A DNA stretch of 64,000 nucleotides from Octopus vulgaris (Eukaryota), in contig OX597832.1 of the NCBI GenBank assembly GCA_951406725.2, positions 60,202,001 to 60,266,000 on the forward strand, given 5' to 3'. Positions 36,838-51,867 of the stretch are shown piece by piece (position 1 is the stretch's first letter; each line of letters starts with the position of its first letter). The translations under genes and the position numbers were made by a program. Under the pieces are notes generated by a model. It saw only the letters and a program-made list of their open reading frames with translations. It made no database searches and was not told where the DNA came from.

Positions 36838-37195
36838 GTGTGGTGAGAAGCTTGCTTCCCAACCACGTGGTTCCATGTTCAGTCCCACTGCGTGGCACCA
36901 TGGGCATATGTCTTCTAACTATGGCCTCGAGCCGACCAAAGCCTTGTGAGTAGATTTGGTAGATGTAAACTGGAAGAAGCCCATGTGTGTATGTCTGTGT
37001 TAGCCTCCCGCCATCACCACTAAACAACCGGTTTTGGTGTGTTTATGTGTCCGTAACTTAGCGGCTCGCCAAAAATAACCGACAGAATAAGTACCAGGCT
37101 TAGAAAATAAGTACTGGAGTCGATTCATTTGACTAAATATTCAAGGCGCTGCCACAGTATGCACGCAGTGAAATGACTGAAACAGGTAAAAGATA
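36838..37195 (+). mobile_element. SINE family B
   Basis: GTGTGGTGAGAAGCTTG, GTTCAGTCCC, GGCACCATGGGCATATGTCTT, family tail to GACTGAAACAGGTAAAAGA. Confidence 0.85.
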
Positions 37196-37339
37196 TATAT
37201 ATATCACCGTGGCCACCGTGACCGACCAGGCTATCAGATGTTGCTACACATCGCTGGTCAAAATGCGCTTCGCATTGTTTTAGCCTTCAAATGACGCCAC
37301 CCCGCTGGGTAAGCGAGCAGGCTAATATATATATATACA

Positions 37340-37573
37340 TATTTCGTTATTTCATTTTGGAATTTAGTTTGAAAGATTCTTTATGTAAATTCTTATATTG
37401 AAGCATATTCTGTTGTGTCTGGGGACACAAGAGTCATTTTCTTTTTGTGCCTCATAATTTAAAACACTTACCGGTAAAATTTTCACTTATTCATTATTTT
37501 TATTTTTTTTAATTTTCGTTGCGTCTTGCAACCTTTTGAATAGTCTTGAGTCAAGACTAGTGAAAAGGTTGCA

Positions 37574-37576
<3 letters not shown>
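37340..37576 (+). mobile_element. Interspersed repeat ending in a ~50-bp fold-back palindrome, in (TA)n
   Basis: Homologous to 17185-17400; TCTTGCAACCTTTT...TAGTCTTGAGTCAAGACTA...AAAAGGTTGCAAGA. Confidence 0.75.
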
Positions 37577-37619
<43 letters not shown>

Positions 37620-37661
37620 TCATATATATATGTCTGGATGTTTTGCGTTCTTGTCCCATTT

Positions 37662-37757
<96 letters not shown>

Positions 37758-37944
37758 GGCGCGGGCGTGGCAATGCGGTAAGTAAGTTACTTGCTTACTA
37801 AGTAAGTTACTTAGCTTGCCAACCACATGGTTCCGGGTTCAGTCCCACTGCGTAGAACCTTGGGCAAGTATTTTGTACTTTAGCCTCGTGCCGACCAAAG
37901 CGTTGTGAGTGGATCTGGTAGACAAAAACTGAAAGAACCCCGTC

Positions 37945-37997
<53 letters not shown>

Positions 37998-38150
37998 TGT
38001 TTGTCCCCACTCCCAACATCGCTTGGCAACCGATGCTGGTGTGTTCAACTCCCCGTAACTTAGAGGTTCTGCAAAAGAGAACCGATAGAATAAGTACTAG
38101 GTTTACAAAGAATAAGTCCTGGGGGTCGATTTGTTTGACTAAAGGCGAAA
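37758..38150 (+). mobile_element. SINE family B
   Basis: GGCGCGGGCGTGGC head, GGGTTCAGTCCC B box, ACCTTGGGCAAGT core-like motif, internal (GT)n. Confidence 0.85.
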
Positions 38151-38445
38151 GAATATATATTTATATATATATATTTGTGCATGTATAAATCTGCCTTATA
38201 TATTCTTAAACGAGAGGAAGGAACTTCTCAATAAAAGGAAGAGTCTAATACTTATTTGAAGCAGAAGTTTCCTTTCGTCGTTACTCAGTGTTCGACGCCC
38301 TCTCACACTCTCACTCTCTCAACTTTCTCCTCCCCTTCCTCCTCCTTTCGTTCCTACTCCGTCTTCCTTCTACAAGAATAATGTAGTCGGAGGTAAAAAG
38401 AATGCTTCGTGAGTGAAATTCGGTCGACGGTCAATGTTCGGAAGT

Positions 38446-38508
<63 letters not shown>

Positions 38509-39384
38509 GGTGGGGGGTAATCGTATTTTATAAGCTTAAAGCTTATAAGGAATCACCCTGCAATGACTGTAGAAACTCATGTTGGGGCATGTACGCCCTC
38601 AACGAAGAAAAGTAGGTTTTTCCCGTACTCGAAACTATCCAAGGCTCCTTCATTGGAATTCCAGCATCAACAACAGGATATTTTTGCTTGTATGTATGTA
38701 TGTATGTATAAATATATGTACGGATGCATGTATGTGTGTGTATATATATGTTTATGCATGCATCTATATATATGTGTGTGTATGTATATATGTATGTATG
38801 TATAAGTATATGTACGGGAGTAAGTGTGTGTATATGTATGTATGCGTGTGTATGTATGTATGTAATTATGTATGCGTGTGTATTTATATATTTCTTTCTG
38901 TAGTATTTTACATAGTTCAACCTACACAAGTTAATGTGTGAACAAGAAAATAGGAATGTTGAAAGAAGTTTCTATAAAACCAGTTTTAAAACATAGAATG
39001 GTTATGTGGGGTCCCACTAGAATAAGATAAGAATCAAAGGTGTCAACAGATGAACAAAAAGGGTTAAAAAAAACCCTGGTCCAAAAGAAAGAGTTGTGAT
39101 CAGATGACGGAAAACAACAGCGAACAGACATTCACGTTCCAGTCTGGGAGAGAGCAATAACAATTGTCATTCTTTAGAGACTTGCTGTTCTGTGTTCCCC
39201 TCAAGAATTATTTTTATGTATCTTCTGCTAATCCGACAAAATGAATGACTTAGGTACGGGTTCCGAGATAAGAGCGCTGGAGAATTTGACGGTGTGCTTG
39301 AGTATGTCCTCAGTCGTTTACTCACCAAAATCGATCAGATACTCTCCAACTAAGCAAGTCATTTAGTCACAGGAAAAGGATTAC

Positions 39385-39776
39385 TCTTTTACTCTTTTGC
39401 TCTTTTACTCTTTTACTTGTTTCAGTCATTTGACTGCGGCCATGCTGGAGCACCGCCTTTAATCGAGACTTATTCTTTTGTTAGCCAAGTACTTATTCTA
39501 TCGGTCTCTTTTGCCGAACCGCTAAGTAACGGGAACATAAACACACCAGCATCGGTTGTCAAGCAATGCTAGGGGGACAAACACAGACACACAAACACAC
39601 ACATATATATATACATATATACGACAGGCTTCTTTCAGTTTCCGTCTACCAAATCCACTCACAAGGCATTGGTCGGCCCGGGGCTATAGCAGAAGACACT
39701 TGCCCAAGATGCCACGCAGCGGGACTGAACCCGGAACCATGTGGTTGGTTAGCAAGCTACTTACCACACAGCCACA
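39385..39776 (-). mobile_element. SINE family B, near full length with (AGTAAAAG)n tail
   Basis: All family segments present in reverse complement. Confidence 0.88.
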
Positions 39777-40102
39777 CTTCTTTATTTCTTTAAATAATCT
39801 TCCGTTGGTGTGTTTACGTCCCCGTAACTTAGCGGTTCGGCAAAAGAGCCCGATACAATAAGTACTAGGCTTTCAACGAATAAGTCCTGGGGTCGATTTG
39901 CTCGACTAAAGGCGGTGCTCCCGCATGGCCGTACATACCACGACACATTTTTTATCTTGTTTTTCTATTGCTGTTTGTTTTTTTTCGTGTTTTTCTATGT
40001 CAAAGCCATATATATATGTTTATGTATATTGTGTGCGTGTGTGGGAGAGAGAGAAAGAGACAGAGAGAGAGAGAGAGAGAGAGATGTGCATGTGAAATAT
40101 AT

Positions 40103-40938
<836 letters not shown>

Positions 40939-40964
40939 TATATATATACATATATATATATATT

Positions 40965-41006
<42 letters not shown>

Positions 41007-41116
41007 GATATAGATATAGGTATAGATATAGGTATAGATATGTATGCATATACATATATATTTATATGTATGTATATGTATGTATGCAAGCAGGTATGTA
41101 TGTATTCATCACTCTC

Positions 41117-41225
<109 letters not shown>

Positions 41226-41538
41226 TGTGTGTGTGTGTGTATGCGGTGGGGGGAGAGAGAGAGATGAGTGTGGTTCTGATATCTGGCTAAGTAAGTCCTA
41301 TTGGCTGTTCCATCAAACACACTGACCTGACAAAAGCCAACACTTGAAGATGAATAATCATTGAATGAATTGCCGCTTTTTATGTAGGTTACAGGAAATT
41401 ATACATACAAATACATAAGCACTTTCGGGGCTTGCGTACTTACGCATATCAGCCTGTGTGTGTGTGTGTGTGTATGAATGTATGTATTATATACTATATA
41501 CATATATGTAATAGTTATATACACACAGATAGGCAAAC

Positions 41539-41577
<39 letters not shown>

Positions 41578-41747
41578 CGCACATATTAAATGTGTGTGAG
41601 TGTGTGCGTGTGCGTGAGGGTGCAATTGTTTTGCAAGCTGCTATTGGTAAAGATAATGTTGACCATTACGTCTCTTTCAGCTTACCCCTGTCATCTGCTT
41701 CCCGCACCTTCCCCCCACATCTTTCTCTCTCTCTTACTCTCTCTCTT

Positions 41748-41801
<54 letters not shown>

Positions 41802-41922
41802 TTCTTTATATTATTCTTAACACATGCCCTATGGTCTTCGTTTTTATAAATACACTTCTTGCAGAAAAAGAACACCGGAAGTGAACGAGATGACTCTGAG
41901 ACCACTTTCACACACACTCTCT

Positions 41923-41969
<47 letters not shown>

Positions 41970-42045
41970 TCTCTCTCTGGTGTTAATTTCATGTTTTCTG
42001 AGCCAGAATGGTTGCCTTCAAAGTAGAACTATGTTCATCTATGAA

Positions 42046-42085
<40 letters not shown>

Positions 42086-42167
42086 ACCCATATATATATG
42101 TAGGTAGGTATGTATGTATCTGCATGTGTGTGTATGTGTGTGTGCGTGAGTGTGTGCGTGAGTGTGT

Positions 42168-42227
<60 letters not shown>

Positions 42228-42340
42228 TTAGTGATGCAAGCAAAACCCAAAACTAGATCAGTTCAACTTAATAAGTTACTCAAGGGCCGAGGGTTTCGGC
42301 CCTGAGTCACTAAGTAACTTCTACCATTTAAATAATATAC

Positions 42341-42379
<39 letters not shown>

Positions 42380-43363
42380 CACGCATATGTTTTTGCCCAA
42401 CCCCCTGACATTCTGGCCAATCCACTGCCCAGAATTGATACATTCCATCGAATTTTGGAGAAATGAGCGCAATATTTGATCTTGTTGAGATTTGAACTTA
42501 GAATTCACCGTCGAAGAAATACTGTGAAATCTTCTATTCAACGCTGTAACAATTCTGCAAATCTGCCAATGTATGTACGTATATATATATATGTGTGTGT
42601 GTGTGTGTATGTATATATATGAATATGTATGTATATATGTATGTATATATATATATGTATATGTATGTATATATATATATATATGTACACATACACACAT
42701 GTATATATCTATACATGCATACATGCTGTTCTGGGCATGTATAGCTGTGTTGTTTAATGTTGTAACTGCGTTGTATATACATGTGTACCTATGCGCTGTG
42801 TTGTTTATTCAACGTCGATGTGTACGACAGCTGTGTACCTTGTCTTGCTACGTTTATAACTCTGTAACTATTATGTATAATTGTACTGTCCTATCATGCA
42901 GTGCTGTTATTTTTTTATGTAGTTATGTATAGTTGTTTTATTGTCTCTAACTCCGATGTTGTATATATCTGCCTTCTTATTTTACTTATAGTTATATATA
43001 GGCATATTGTGATGATGTGTTATGGCGTTATGTTGTTATGGTATATAGCAGTGTTGTGTTACTTACTATGAAGCTGTCTATGGCTATGTTATTGTCATGT
43101 CGTATACAACTATGTTGTTATTTTGTATGCAGCTGTATAGACTTGTATTGTATAAAATTGTATATAGTTGTGTTGTTGTATTGTTGTAATTGTGCAGAAA
43201 TTTTGGCAACATTTCAGACCATCAAGTCTGTAAATCGTTAATTGAAATTAATTGAAAATTTTTCAATCTGGGAAAACATTGCATCATGTTAAAGTATTTA
43301 TTTACTTCAAGTTGTAATCCTTCTTCCCCACCACATTCTCTCTCCCCCTCTGTCTCTGTCTCA

Positions 43364-43403
<40 letters not shown>

Positions 43404-43473
43404 TTCACTCTCTCTCTCTCTCTCTCACTTTCTTCCTTTCTCTCTCCCTCACTTTCTCTTGCTTTCTTTTTCT

Positions 43474-43580
<107 letters not shown>

Positions 43581-43701
43581 TATATACTTATATATGAGAT
43601 ATATATGCTCTATATACATATACACAAACACATATACATATACACACATAGATGCATATTTACATCTCTGTGTGTGCTATATATGTAAATATATATGTAT
43701 G

Positions 43702-43732
<31 letters not shown>

Positions 43733-44508
43733 ATGTATGTTACGTATGCATGTGAATACATAAATGTGTACGTAATTTTGTGTGTATGCGCGCGTGTGTG
43801 TGTGTATGTGTGTGTGTGTGTCTTTTTTCAGTTAAGCAATCTGGAAACAAAAAATCAGACGAGACAAAATGATTGAGAAGGGAACATGGGGAAGAAAGTT
43901 TAAACAAAAAAACAAAACAAAAAAGAATAAAAAAGAAACAAAAATAGGCAATTTAGAGACATATAAGAATGAGAAAAATAATACAAAGATGCAAATTAAT
44001 AAATAATGCATGAGTGAAAGAAGAAGAGGAGAAAGAGGGAAAAAAATCCGAACGAAAGAAATATAAGGAAAAATAAAGAGAAAAAATAAAATAAATAAAT
44101 AAATAGATAAAGGCAATGAGAGATTTAATGAAAAATTTAATAGAAAATGAGAAACGAAAACGGAGAAGTAATTTCAAAAATCTAAAATGTAACGAAAATA
44201 GAATTGTAGAGAATTTTTGGAGAATTTAGTTTGTGTCGCGTAGGAACTTTTATAATATATTTCGTATGAGATGGAGAGCGATTTCGGTTTATTTCGTCGA
44301 AATTACGGAAAGGAGTGGAAAAAATCGAGCAAATTCGGGCGATTTCGGGTTAGTTCGGTTAGATTTCGGAAACGTTTGGTGAGATATCGGGTGACATCGT
44401 AAGAGTAAGATTCGTTGAAGGGAATTCGAGTGAATTCTGCTTCGAAGTTTCACCGTTAAAAAAATAATTTATTTCATATCTCTCGAGATTTCTAAATTCT
44501 TATTATGT

Positions 44509-44542
<34 letters not shown>

Positions 44543-44769
44543 GTTAGTGTATATATATATGTAAGTGTGTATGTATGTGTATGTGTATGTATGTGTGTGT
44601 ACGTGTGTAGACGATTTAGTGTCTATTTTTCAGCATATTGGGAAAGTAATTTTTTTTCTTTTGCCCTTATTTATAATTGGATTTATAATTTTTACCTTAA
44701 AAAGATATTTTTCATATGCTGGCCACTGATATAATTTTTAATAAAATTTTATCGTTATATTAGAAGCAA

Positions 44770-44810
<41 letters not shown>

Positions 44811-44812
<2 letters not shown>

Positions 44813-45010
44813 TAATCCAAACAAGAAAGCACAAAAAAAACACAACAACGCGAGGACGTGGAACAAATATAATATTACTGGACGCTCAGGAAGGAAGGGA
44901 AGAAGGAAGGTTTAACGTTTCGAGCGGGGGTCTTCGTCGGAAACATTGGAGAAGGAAAGATCCAGAGAAGGGAAGACAGAAAATCGCCAACGGTACACAC
45001 GCGGTCACAT
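44811..45010 (-). mobile_element. PLE-like short element in (TA)n with minimal hammerhead motif (CCGACGA variant)
   Basis: RC 44944-44910: GTTT-CCGACGA-A-GACCCCCGCTC-GAAAC-GTT-AAAC. Confidence 0.65.
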
Positions 45011-45640
45011 CCCCTCTCTCACATTTCTTTGCCTTCTGTTCTTGCTCACTTTCCCTCCACTTTTCACTTCACTGTGTCCTTATTATTTTTTCTCGCCTCT
45101 CCTTAATTCTTCTGTCCCTCTGCTTCTATCCCTCTCTCTCTCTCTTCTCTTCCAGCGTGACCGGCGTTCAGCCAAGCCTGATCTTTCTGTCTTGCTCTGA
45201 CTGTTGTCCGTGCAACATCGATATTCCTCCCTGTGCCTGTGAAATCTCGTATCCCTGCCGTAAGGCTTCATTTCCACACACGCCAGCTTAATTTAATTCG
45301 TCCTAAGTCGAAAGACGCCTGTTGTTTATGTCCTGTTATTACTTTTATTGTATTTGTGTAACATTGTCCGTTTTTTCCCGTTCGTGTTTTTGTATACATT
45401 CGCTGCTTTCTTCTAAGGAATCTAATGCTCTTAGCTTAGTTTTTCCTTGGGGCTGGCCAGATTGGAGCAATCTCCAGTATAACCAGCCGAAATTGCAAAG
45501 ATAATCGGGTACTCGACTGAGGAAATAAAACTTCGAATGACCCTTCCTTGTTTTCTTTGTATCGTCTATCTGGATGTTTTGTTGTCTCATTTTTGTATCA
45601 CATAACTGACCGGATGTTTTGCGTTCTTGTCCCATTTTGT
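45010..45640 (+). mobile_element. ~0.6-kb non-coding element, homologous to 33400-34130
   Basis: See 33400 entry; ends at (TA)n. Confidence 0.7.
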
Positions 45641-45642
45641 AT

Positions 45643-45710
<68 letters not shown>

Positions 45711-45713
<3 letters not shown>

Positions 45714-45917
45714 AGAGTTTACGAAAAAAGCAACAAAAGACGAAGACAGGTGGTGTACAAAACAAACAGATGTGTTAGTATAACGCTCAGGAATAGAAAA
45801 AGTCTTTTACGTTTCGAGCCTATGCTCTTCTACAGAAAGCGACACAGAAAACAAGGAGAGAAACTAGGAGAGAAACGAGGAGAGAAAAAAATGTGTGGCT
45901 AACGATCTATCATGGCA
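45711..45917 (-). mobile_element. CUGUNGA-variant minimal hammerhead element
   Basis: RC CTTT-CTGTAGA-A-GAGC-ATAG-GCTC-GAAAC-GTA-AAAG (45839-45802). Confidence 0.72.
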
Positions 45918-45929
45918 TTCAAATAAACG

Positions 45930-46070
45930 AATGATAAAATAGGACGTGCACAAAGAATGTATTGGCTTGACGCTCGGTTTTAAGAGAAAGTTTGACGTTT
46001 CGAGCACAGCTCTTGGTCGGAAATGAGAAAGAAGGAACAGAAATCGCCAACAGCACGTGTGTAGTTACGT
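45930..46070 (-). mobile_element. PLE-like short element with degenerate minimal hammerhead
   Basis: RC TTT-CCGACCA-A-GAGC-TGT-GCTC-GAAAC-GTC-AAA. Confidence 0.55.
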
Positions 46071-46129
46071 TGCTGATGTGTGTGATGGTTGTCTGTCGTA
46101 GTCCGAGGACGACGGTTCTGCAACCTACA

Positions 46130-46350
46130 CAAATTATTCGTTTCATAGTGATCAAATGTATGTGCTCTCCATCACATGTATGTCACTCTCTCCATCAAAC
46201 CGACCTTGCCCGTACAGATGCACGATGAACCACACGTCAGGTGTCGAAGAGACCGCAGGGCAACGTGAGATGAACGCAACCCGGTCCAGGAATTGAAACC
46301 ACAACGTCGCGATCGTGAGTGTCACGCCCTGACCCTAGGCTATGCGCCTC
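46130..46350 (-). mobile_element. tRNA-derived SINE (family C-like head)
   Basis: RC GGCGCATAGCCTAGGGTCAGGG...GGTTTCAATTCCTGG. Confidence 0.65.
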
Positions 46351-47067
46351 AACATCTGTGTATATACATACACACACACACACACACATATATATATAAT
46401 GTTTAATGTACACAATATATTGTTATGAGCTTGTAATTGTTTCATACATTGGAAATGTTACCTAAGCAGGTTTTAATAAAAAGCTTAATGTTTTCTGGTT
46501 CTGAGCATATGGCTTGTACAAGATACAAATCAATAGAACAGAACAAGAGATATCACGAGAAAAACAAAACGAGACAAGGTGGATGCAAAAGGTTGGAGGA
46601 TGAAAAAAACGGAAAAAGAAAGGAAAGAGAACTAGTGTTATGTTCCTTTTGACCGTAGAGCCATAAGCCTTGCTGGTGTAAAATCAATGAAAGGAGTTTC
46701 AAGTCTACGGTAACGATGCTCAACTTGGAGACGGAACTTGTATATGTTTGCATTTGTTGAATATTTCTCATCTGGAATTGAGCGGTGCAGAGGAATTTTT
46801 AAATTTAAAATGATACATGATCTTTCAGCTTCACATAACTTGCATTTTTTAGACCCATTAACATATAGCTTAGATTTTTCTACGATTTAACATTCAATTG
46901 TAGGTCGCATGTCAACTTAGTGGGTTTACTTTTGCTCATGTATCGAAAAGTGGTTACACCAATTAGGCTTCTGGGGACATAACTCTAATTTTCTTTCTTT
47001 TTTCCTTTGACGCCATCTGGGAATCAAAGACAGACACAAAGACTGAAGCACATAAATACATACATAT

Positions 47068-47247
47068 AGATCGTTAGCTACTACATACATTTTTTCCTCT
47101 CCTTGTCTTTTCTATGTCCCTTTTTGTAGAAGAGCGCAGGCTCGAAACGTGAAATACTTTTTCTATTCCTGAGCGTTATACTAATACATCTGTTTGTTTT
47201 GTATACCACCTGTCTTCGTCTTTTGTTTTTTTTCGTAAACTCTCCCT
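47068..47247 (+). mobile_element. CUGUNGA-variant minimal hammerhead element
   Basis: TTGTAGA-A-GAGC-GCAG-GCTC-GAAAC-GTG; close homologue of 45711-45917. Confidence 0.7.
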
Positions 47248-47255
47248 ATATATAT

Positions 47256-47319
<64 letters not shown>

Positions 47320-47334
47320 GCACACATACGAACG

Positions 47335-47475
47335 GTTTCTACATTTCAGTATACCAAATCCATTGACAAGGCATTGGTCGGCCCGACTCTATAGAAAGAG
47401 AAACTTGCTCAAGGAACTGAACCCGGTACCATGTGGCTGGGAAGCAGGCTTCTTACTACAAATCCACGACTGCAT
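47335..47475 (-). mobile_element. SINE family B head/core, diverged
   Basis: ACCAAATCC...TTGGTCGGCCCGA...ACTGAACCCGG. Confidence 0.7.
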
Positions 47476-47595
47476 CTATATCTATATCTATCAATATTAA
47501 AAAAACATACATATAAATATATATATATATACATACATACATAGATTCATATATATATATATATATACATACATATACATATATATGTGCGTTTG

Positions 47596-47626
<31 letters not shown>

Positions 47627-47658
47627 GTATACATAAATAATATATATATATGTGTGCG

Positions 47659-47707
<49 letters not shown>

Positions 47708-48439
47708 ACACACACACTTACGTATTGGAGGGAGAGAGAAAAAAAAATATGATTGTGAGGCTACAACAACATGAAACACGAATTTAATGATGTCAGTGTT
47801 GACAAATTGACATCGAAGCAACATTTCTTTCATCTGTAAAAGAAGAAAAAACACGAAAGACATCCACATTCAGACAGACAGACAAACGGCCACACATACA
47901 CACATATATATACTTATACAGTCGCTATTGAAACTGGTTTAATATATTAACGGAATTAGAATTTACTTCAGACGTTTATTTGTGGTCAATGACTTTTCTT
48001 CGAATTGCGTAATACAGTGTAATATTGGTTGATGTCTGTAGAACTGAAGAATTAAAGAGCTGAAGAACCGAGAGAAAACAGAGAGAGAGAAATGGGGGTA
48101 GAGAGAGAGAGGTGTCAGATAGAGACAGAGGGAGAGAAGTCGTAGAGACCGAGAGAAAAGATGGAGATAGATAGGAGAAAAGGTGTGGGGGAAAAGGAAA
48201 GAGTGAGTGAGAAGGGTACTAGGTAATACAGGCACAAGATCACGGGTATATATTTATTGTACATACATCTATCCAACCATCCATCCATTTTCTCCAGACA
48301 CTGTTAATGGGAGGGTCGTGGAGGAAGAGACCTCAGGTACCTCCTCCACGTTGTCCTATCAGAAGCAACCGTCATTAGATTTTCCATCTGTATACCCAAG
48401 CGCAACCTGTCTAGATTATGGATCCTATCTAACCATCCC

Positions 48440-48560
48440 GTACTTGATTCTTCAGTGCAACCGACCATACACTCGATCTACGGTAAGAGAGGTACGCTTG
48501 CTTTGTAGACCACGAAAAAGCATATGACCGCGTACTGGGGAGACGGGAGTCTTTCAGGGA
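48440..48560 (+). pseudogene. RTE-like reverse transcriptase remnant
   Basis: SATDHTLDLR*ERYACFVDHEKAYDRV resembles STTDQIF...FVDLEKAYDRV. Confidence 0.55.
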
Positions 48561-48668
48561 TTTAAGATTAATGGACAACATCTGATTACTGTGAAGCCCC
48601 TGCATGAATGCCCAGATTTTTGTGTTCCGCTAAATGGTACTAAGTCAAATATACATACTAACGATAAT

Positions 48669-48724
<56 letters not shown>

Positions 48725-48726
<2 letters not shown>

Positions 48727-48945
48727 GCTTCAAATTTTGTCACAAGGACAGCAATTTTGGGCGAGAGTATCAACCCCCAATATTTTACTGGTACTTATTT
48801 TATCGACTTCGAAAGAATAAAAGGCAAAGTCGACCACGGCAGAATTTGAACTCAGAACGTAGCGACGGCCGAAATACTGTTAAGCATTTCGTCCAATGCA
48901 CTAACGATTCTGCCGGCTCACCGCCTTAATAATAATAATAATAAT

Positions 48946-48979
<34 letters not shown>

Positions 48980-49153
48980 ATAATTCTTTCTACTATCGGC
49001 GCAAGGCCTGAAATTTGGAAGGAGGGGAACAGTCGGTTGTTTCACTGGTGCTTAATATATCAACTCTGAAAGGATGAACAGCAAAGTCGACCTCGGCGTA
49101 ATTTGAACTCAGAAAGCATTTCGCCCAGTGTCCTAACGATTCTGCCAGTTCGC
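48725..49153 (-). mobile_element. Two SINE family A copies (48725-48927, 48985-49153) separated by (AAT/AAC)n
   Basis: Heads, B boxes and Meta-like domains in reverse complement. Confidence 0.8.
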
Positions 49154-49570
49154 ATAATAAAGCTGAATTGAAGACCATATGTGTAGTGTGTGGTTCCATA
49201 GAGAACAATAATAGCGTGTAAATAATGAGTTAAGAACCCCCTTTGGACAGAAAAAGTCAAAGACTGCCAGGGAGATTCGAAACCAGATTTCTTGTAGTCA
49301 TGACAGACTTTCTACGACTGGACAAAAACAATTCTTTCTCTGACGTCAACAACATGCATGCTAGTATTGTTTCTACCTGTTGACTCTGGAGAAAGGACAA
49401 TGCCCTTCACCTTCAAAGGACCCCTACACCGGTGAGATTGAGCGCACTAATGTGCCTTAAGCAAGTCTACATCTACATGAGACCAGGTGAGCAGCAATGA
49501 TGGTGGTGGTATTCTAGAAGGTCGGCAGTCTATGAAGGACGAAAAACCTCATTCATTTACATGTGTGTGT

Positions 49571-49628
<58 letters not shown>

Positions 49629-50445
49629 GTGTGTGTGTGTGTGTGCGTTTGCGTGCGTGTGTGTGTTTGAATGAGTGGGTGTGTGTAATATGTAGTTTTT
49701 GAGTCATCAATCTCTCTGAATAAAATGTGTTAATATCTGATGTCGCTAAAGTTGTATTAAATACATTGTGGGTGTGTGTACATTGTTATCTGCCGTTCCT
49801 TAATTCTCATTCTTTTCCCAAGTATAAATTGTTTTCTTGTCTCGTTGAAGATGGTATCGTTGTCTTCACTTCAGTGTTCCCTCTAACCAAAGCATAAGCA
49901 ACCTTTTTTGGAGAAGCGGACGTATGAGACACAGCACATCATTAGGTGGGACGTACTAAAAAACAAAATCAAAAGCAATTTTATTTGGTGTGCCTTTCAG
50001 AAAGTCTCACGGCTGCTCTGAACTGTGCGGTTGTGGTGCGCACACGTTTTACAACTAGCGCTGACAGACAAAACAATATGTGCATAAACAAAGGTTTTTA
50101 AGCGAAATCGGACGTTTTAATTGAAAAAATCTGAGTGATGTTAATTCTGATGCACACAGACTTTGCAAAAGAAAAAAAATTCAACATTTGCAAACAAGCA
50201 AATTTCTTCGCGCTCGGACGGCAAAAGCTTATAAGAAAAATTGTTCCATTGCAATTTCTGCTGCTACTGCGTCATCACATGTTTTCAACTTTGTAATTTT
50301 CACTACTTTTTTTTTAAATGAACTTATTTTTGTGTGTGCAACACGCGATCATCTCATTCCTGCTTTCAAGCTTGCTTAGTAAGAGTCACTCAGACATTTA
50401 TTATTTGGTTCATCATCACTCCATGTAGTCAGGAATTGATAGTTT

Positions 50446-50496
<51 letters not shown>

Positions 50497-50620
50497 CTCT
50501 GTATGTATGTATATATATCATTCTCGTCTAACGACCCTCCATGTTTGTTTTCGTTCGGTTTCCTTGTATGTCTCCACTGTCCTGTCGTGTACCCATATAT
50601 GCATACACACACACACACAC

Positions 50621-50717
<97 letters not shown>

Positions 50718-51629
50718 TACAGTGACAGCAGATAAGATATATCAGCTGTTAAACAAAATAGTTAAAGATGACAATTACAGAACCAACCAATGAATAAGAT
50801 TTAATAAACAATCTTAAGAAAGCTGGCAACAGCTTCAGAAATCAGAATGCGATTGCACAATAAAGAAGCAGAGAGATTAGTGCTTCTGAGCTGGCCAATC
50901 AGAAACAATAAATAGTACTGAAAAAAATGACACACGGAAAGAGTGTGAAGATGATGTACAGATAAGCTACAGCAGAGCCGACATGAGGAAAATCAATTGG
51001 AGGTGACGTCTTTAACAGCATTAAAGCGATCTCAAAAATAAATTTATAATTTGCGGTTGTAAGACTGGCTGCTTTAACAAGACAGGATGTAGATGATGTA
51101 ATCCATAGGCAGACTAATAAAAACTGAACATTGCAAAGAGCATATCAGTAGAATATTTAGCGACTCCAGATACTAAATAAAGATTTATAGATATAATTAT
51201 AGAACAACTTTAGCCAAACAGGATATGAATGACGTAATTAATAAGCAAGATATACGATTACTTTTAGCCCCAACAAATAAGCTTATGAAGTTTGCGAATA
51301 GACAACAAGCAAAATAAAACAAAATGATGAATAGGTTGGCCAATGGGAGATAATAATTCTGCGCCCCCACAAAAAAAAAACTAGCAACAGGATATGAAAA
51401 ACAAGAATACTGACCAATATTAGAATGGAAGTACCAAAGATTAAACAATAAAGGTGATGAATTTGGTAACAAACTAATAATAAAAAACATTGCAAAGCAC
51501 CCAAAACAGAAGTTAATTATGCGCAACAGAATTAACTGACTCAATTTTATAAGAAAAGCTGATCCCAAATGCCAGAAAAACCAGTTTTTATCCGAAGAAT
51601 ATAGATAGCTAGCTAGCTAGCTAGCTAGC

Positions 51630-51707
<78 letters not shown>

Positions 51708-51765
51708 CATACATACATACATACATACATACATACATACATACATACATACATACATACATACA

Positions 51766-51796
<31 letters not shown>

Positions 51797-51867
51797 GTGG
51801 TGCCCCAGCAAAGTCGCGCCCTAATGACTTGACTGAAACAAGTAAAAGATAATAGATAATATATATT

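Noticed and set aside
50720-51590. A-rich coding-like stretch, possible retrotransposon ORF remnant
   Set aside because: Multiple stops in all frames and no motif I can name
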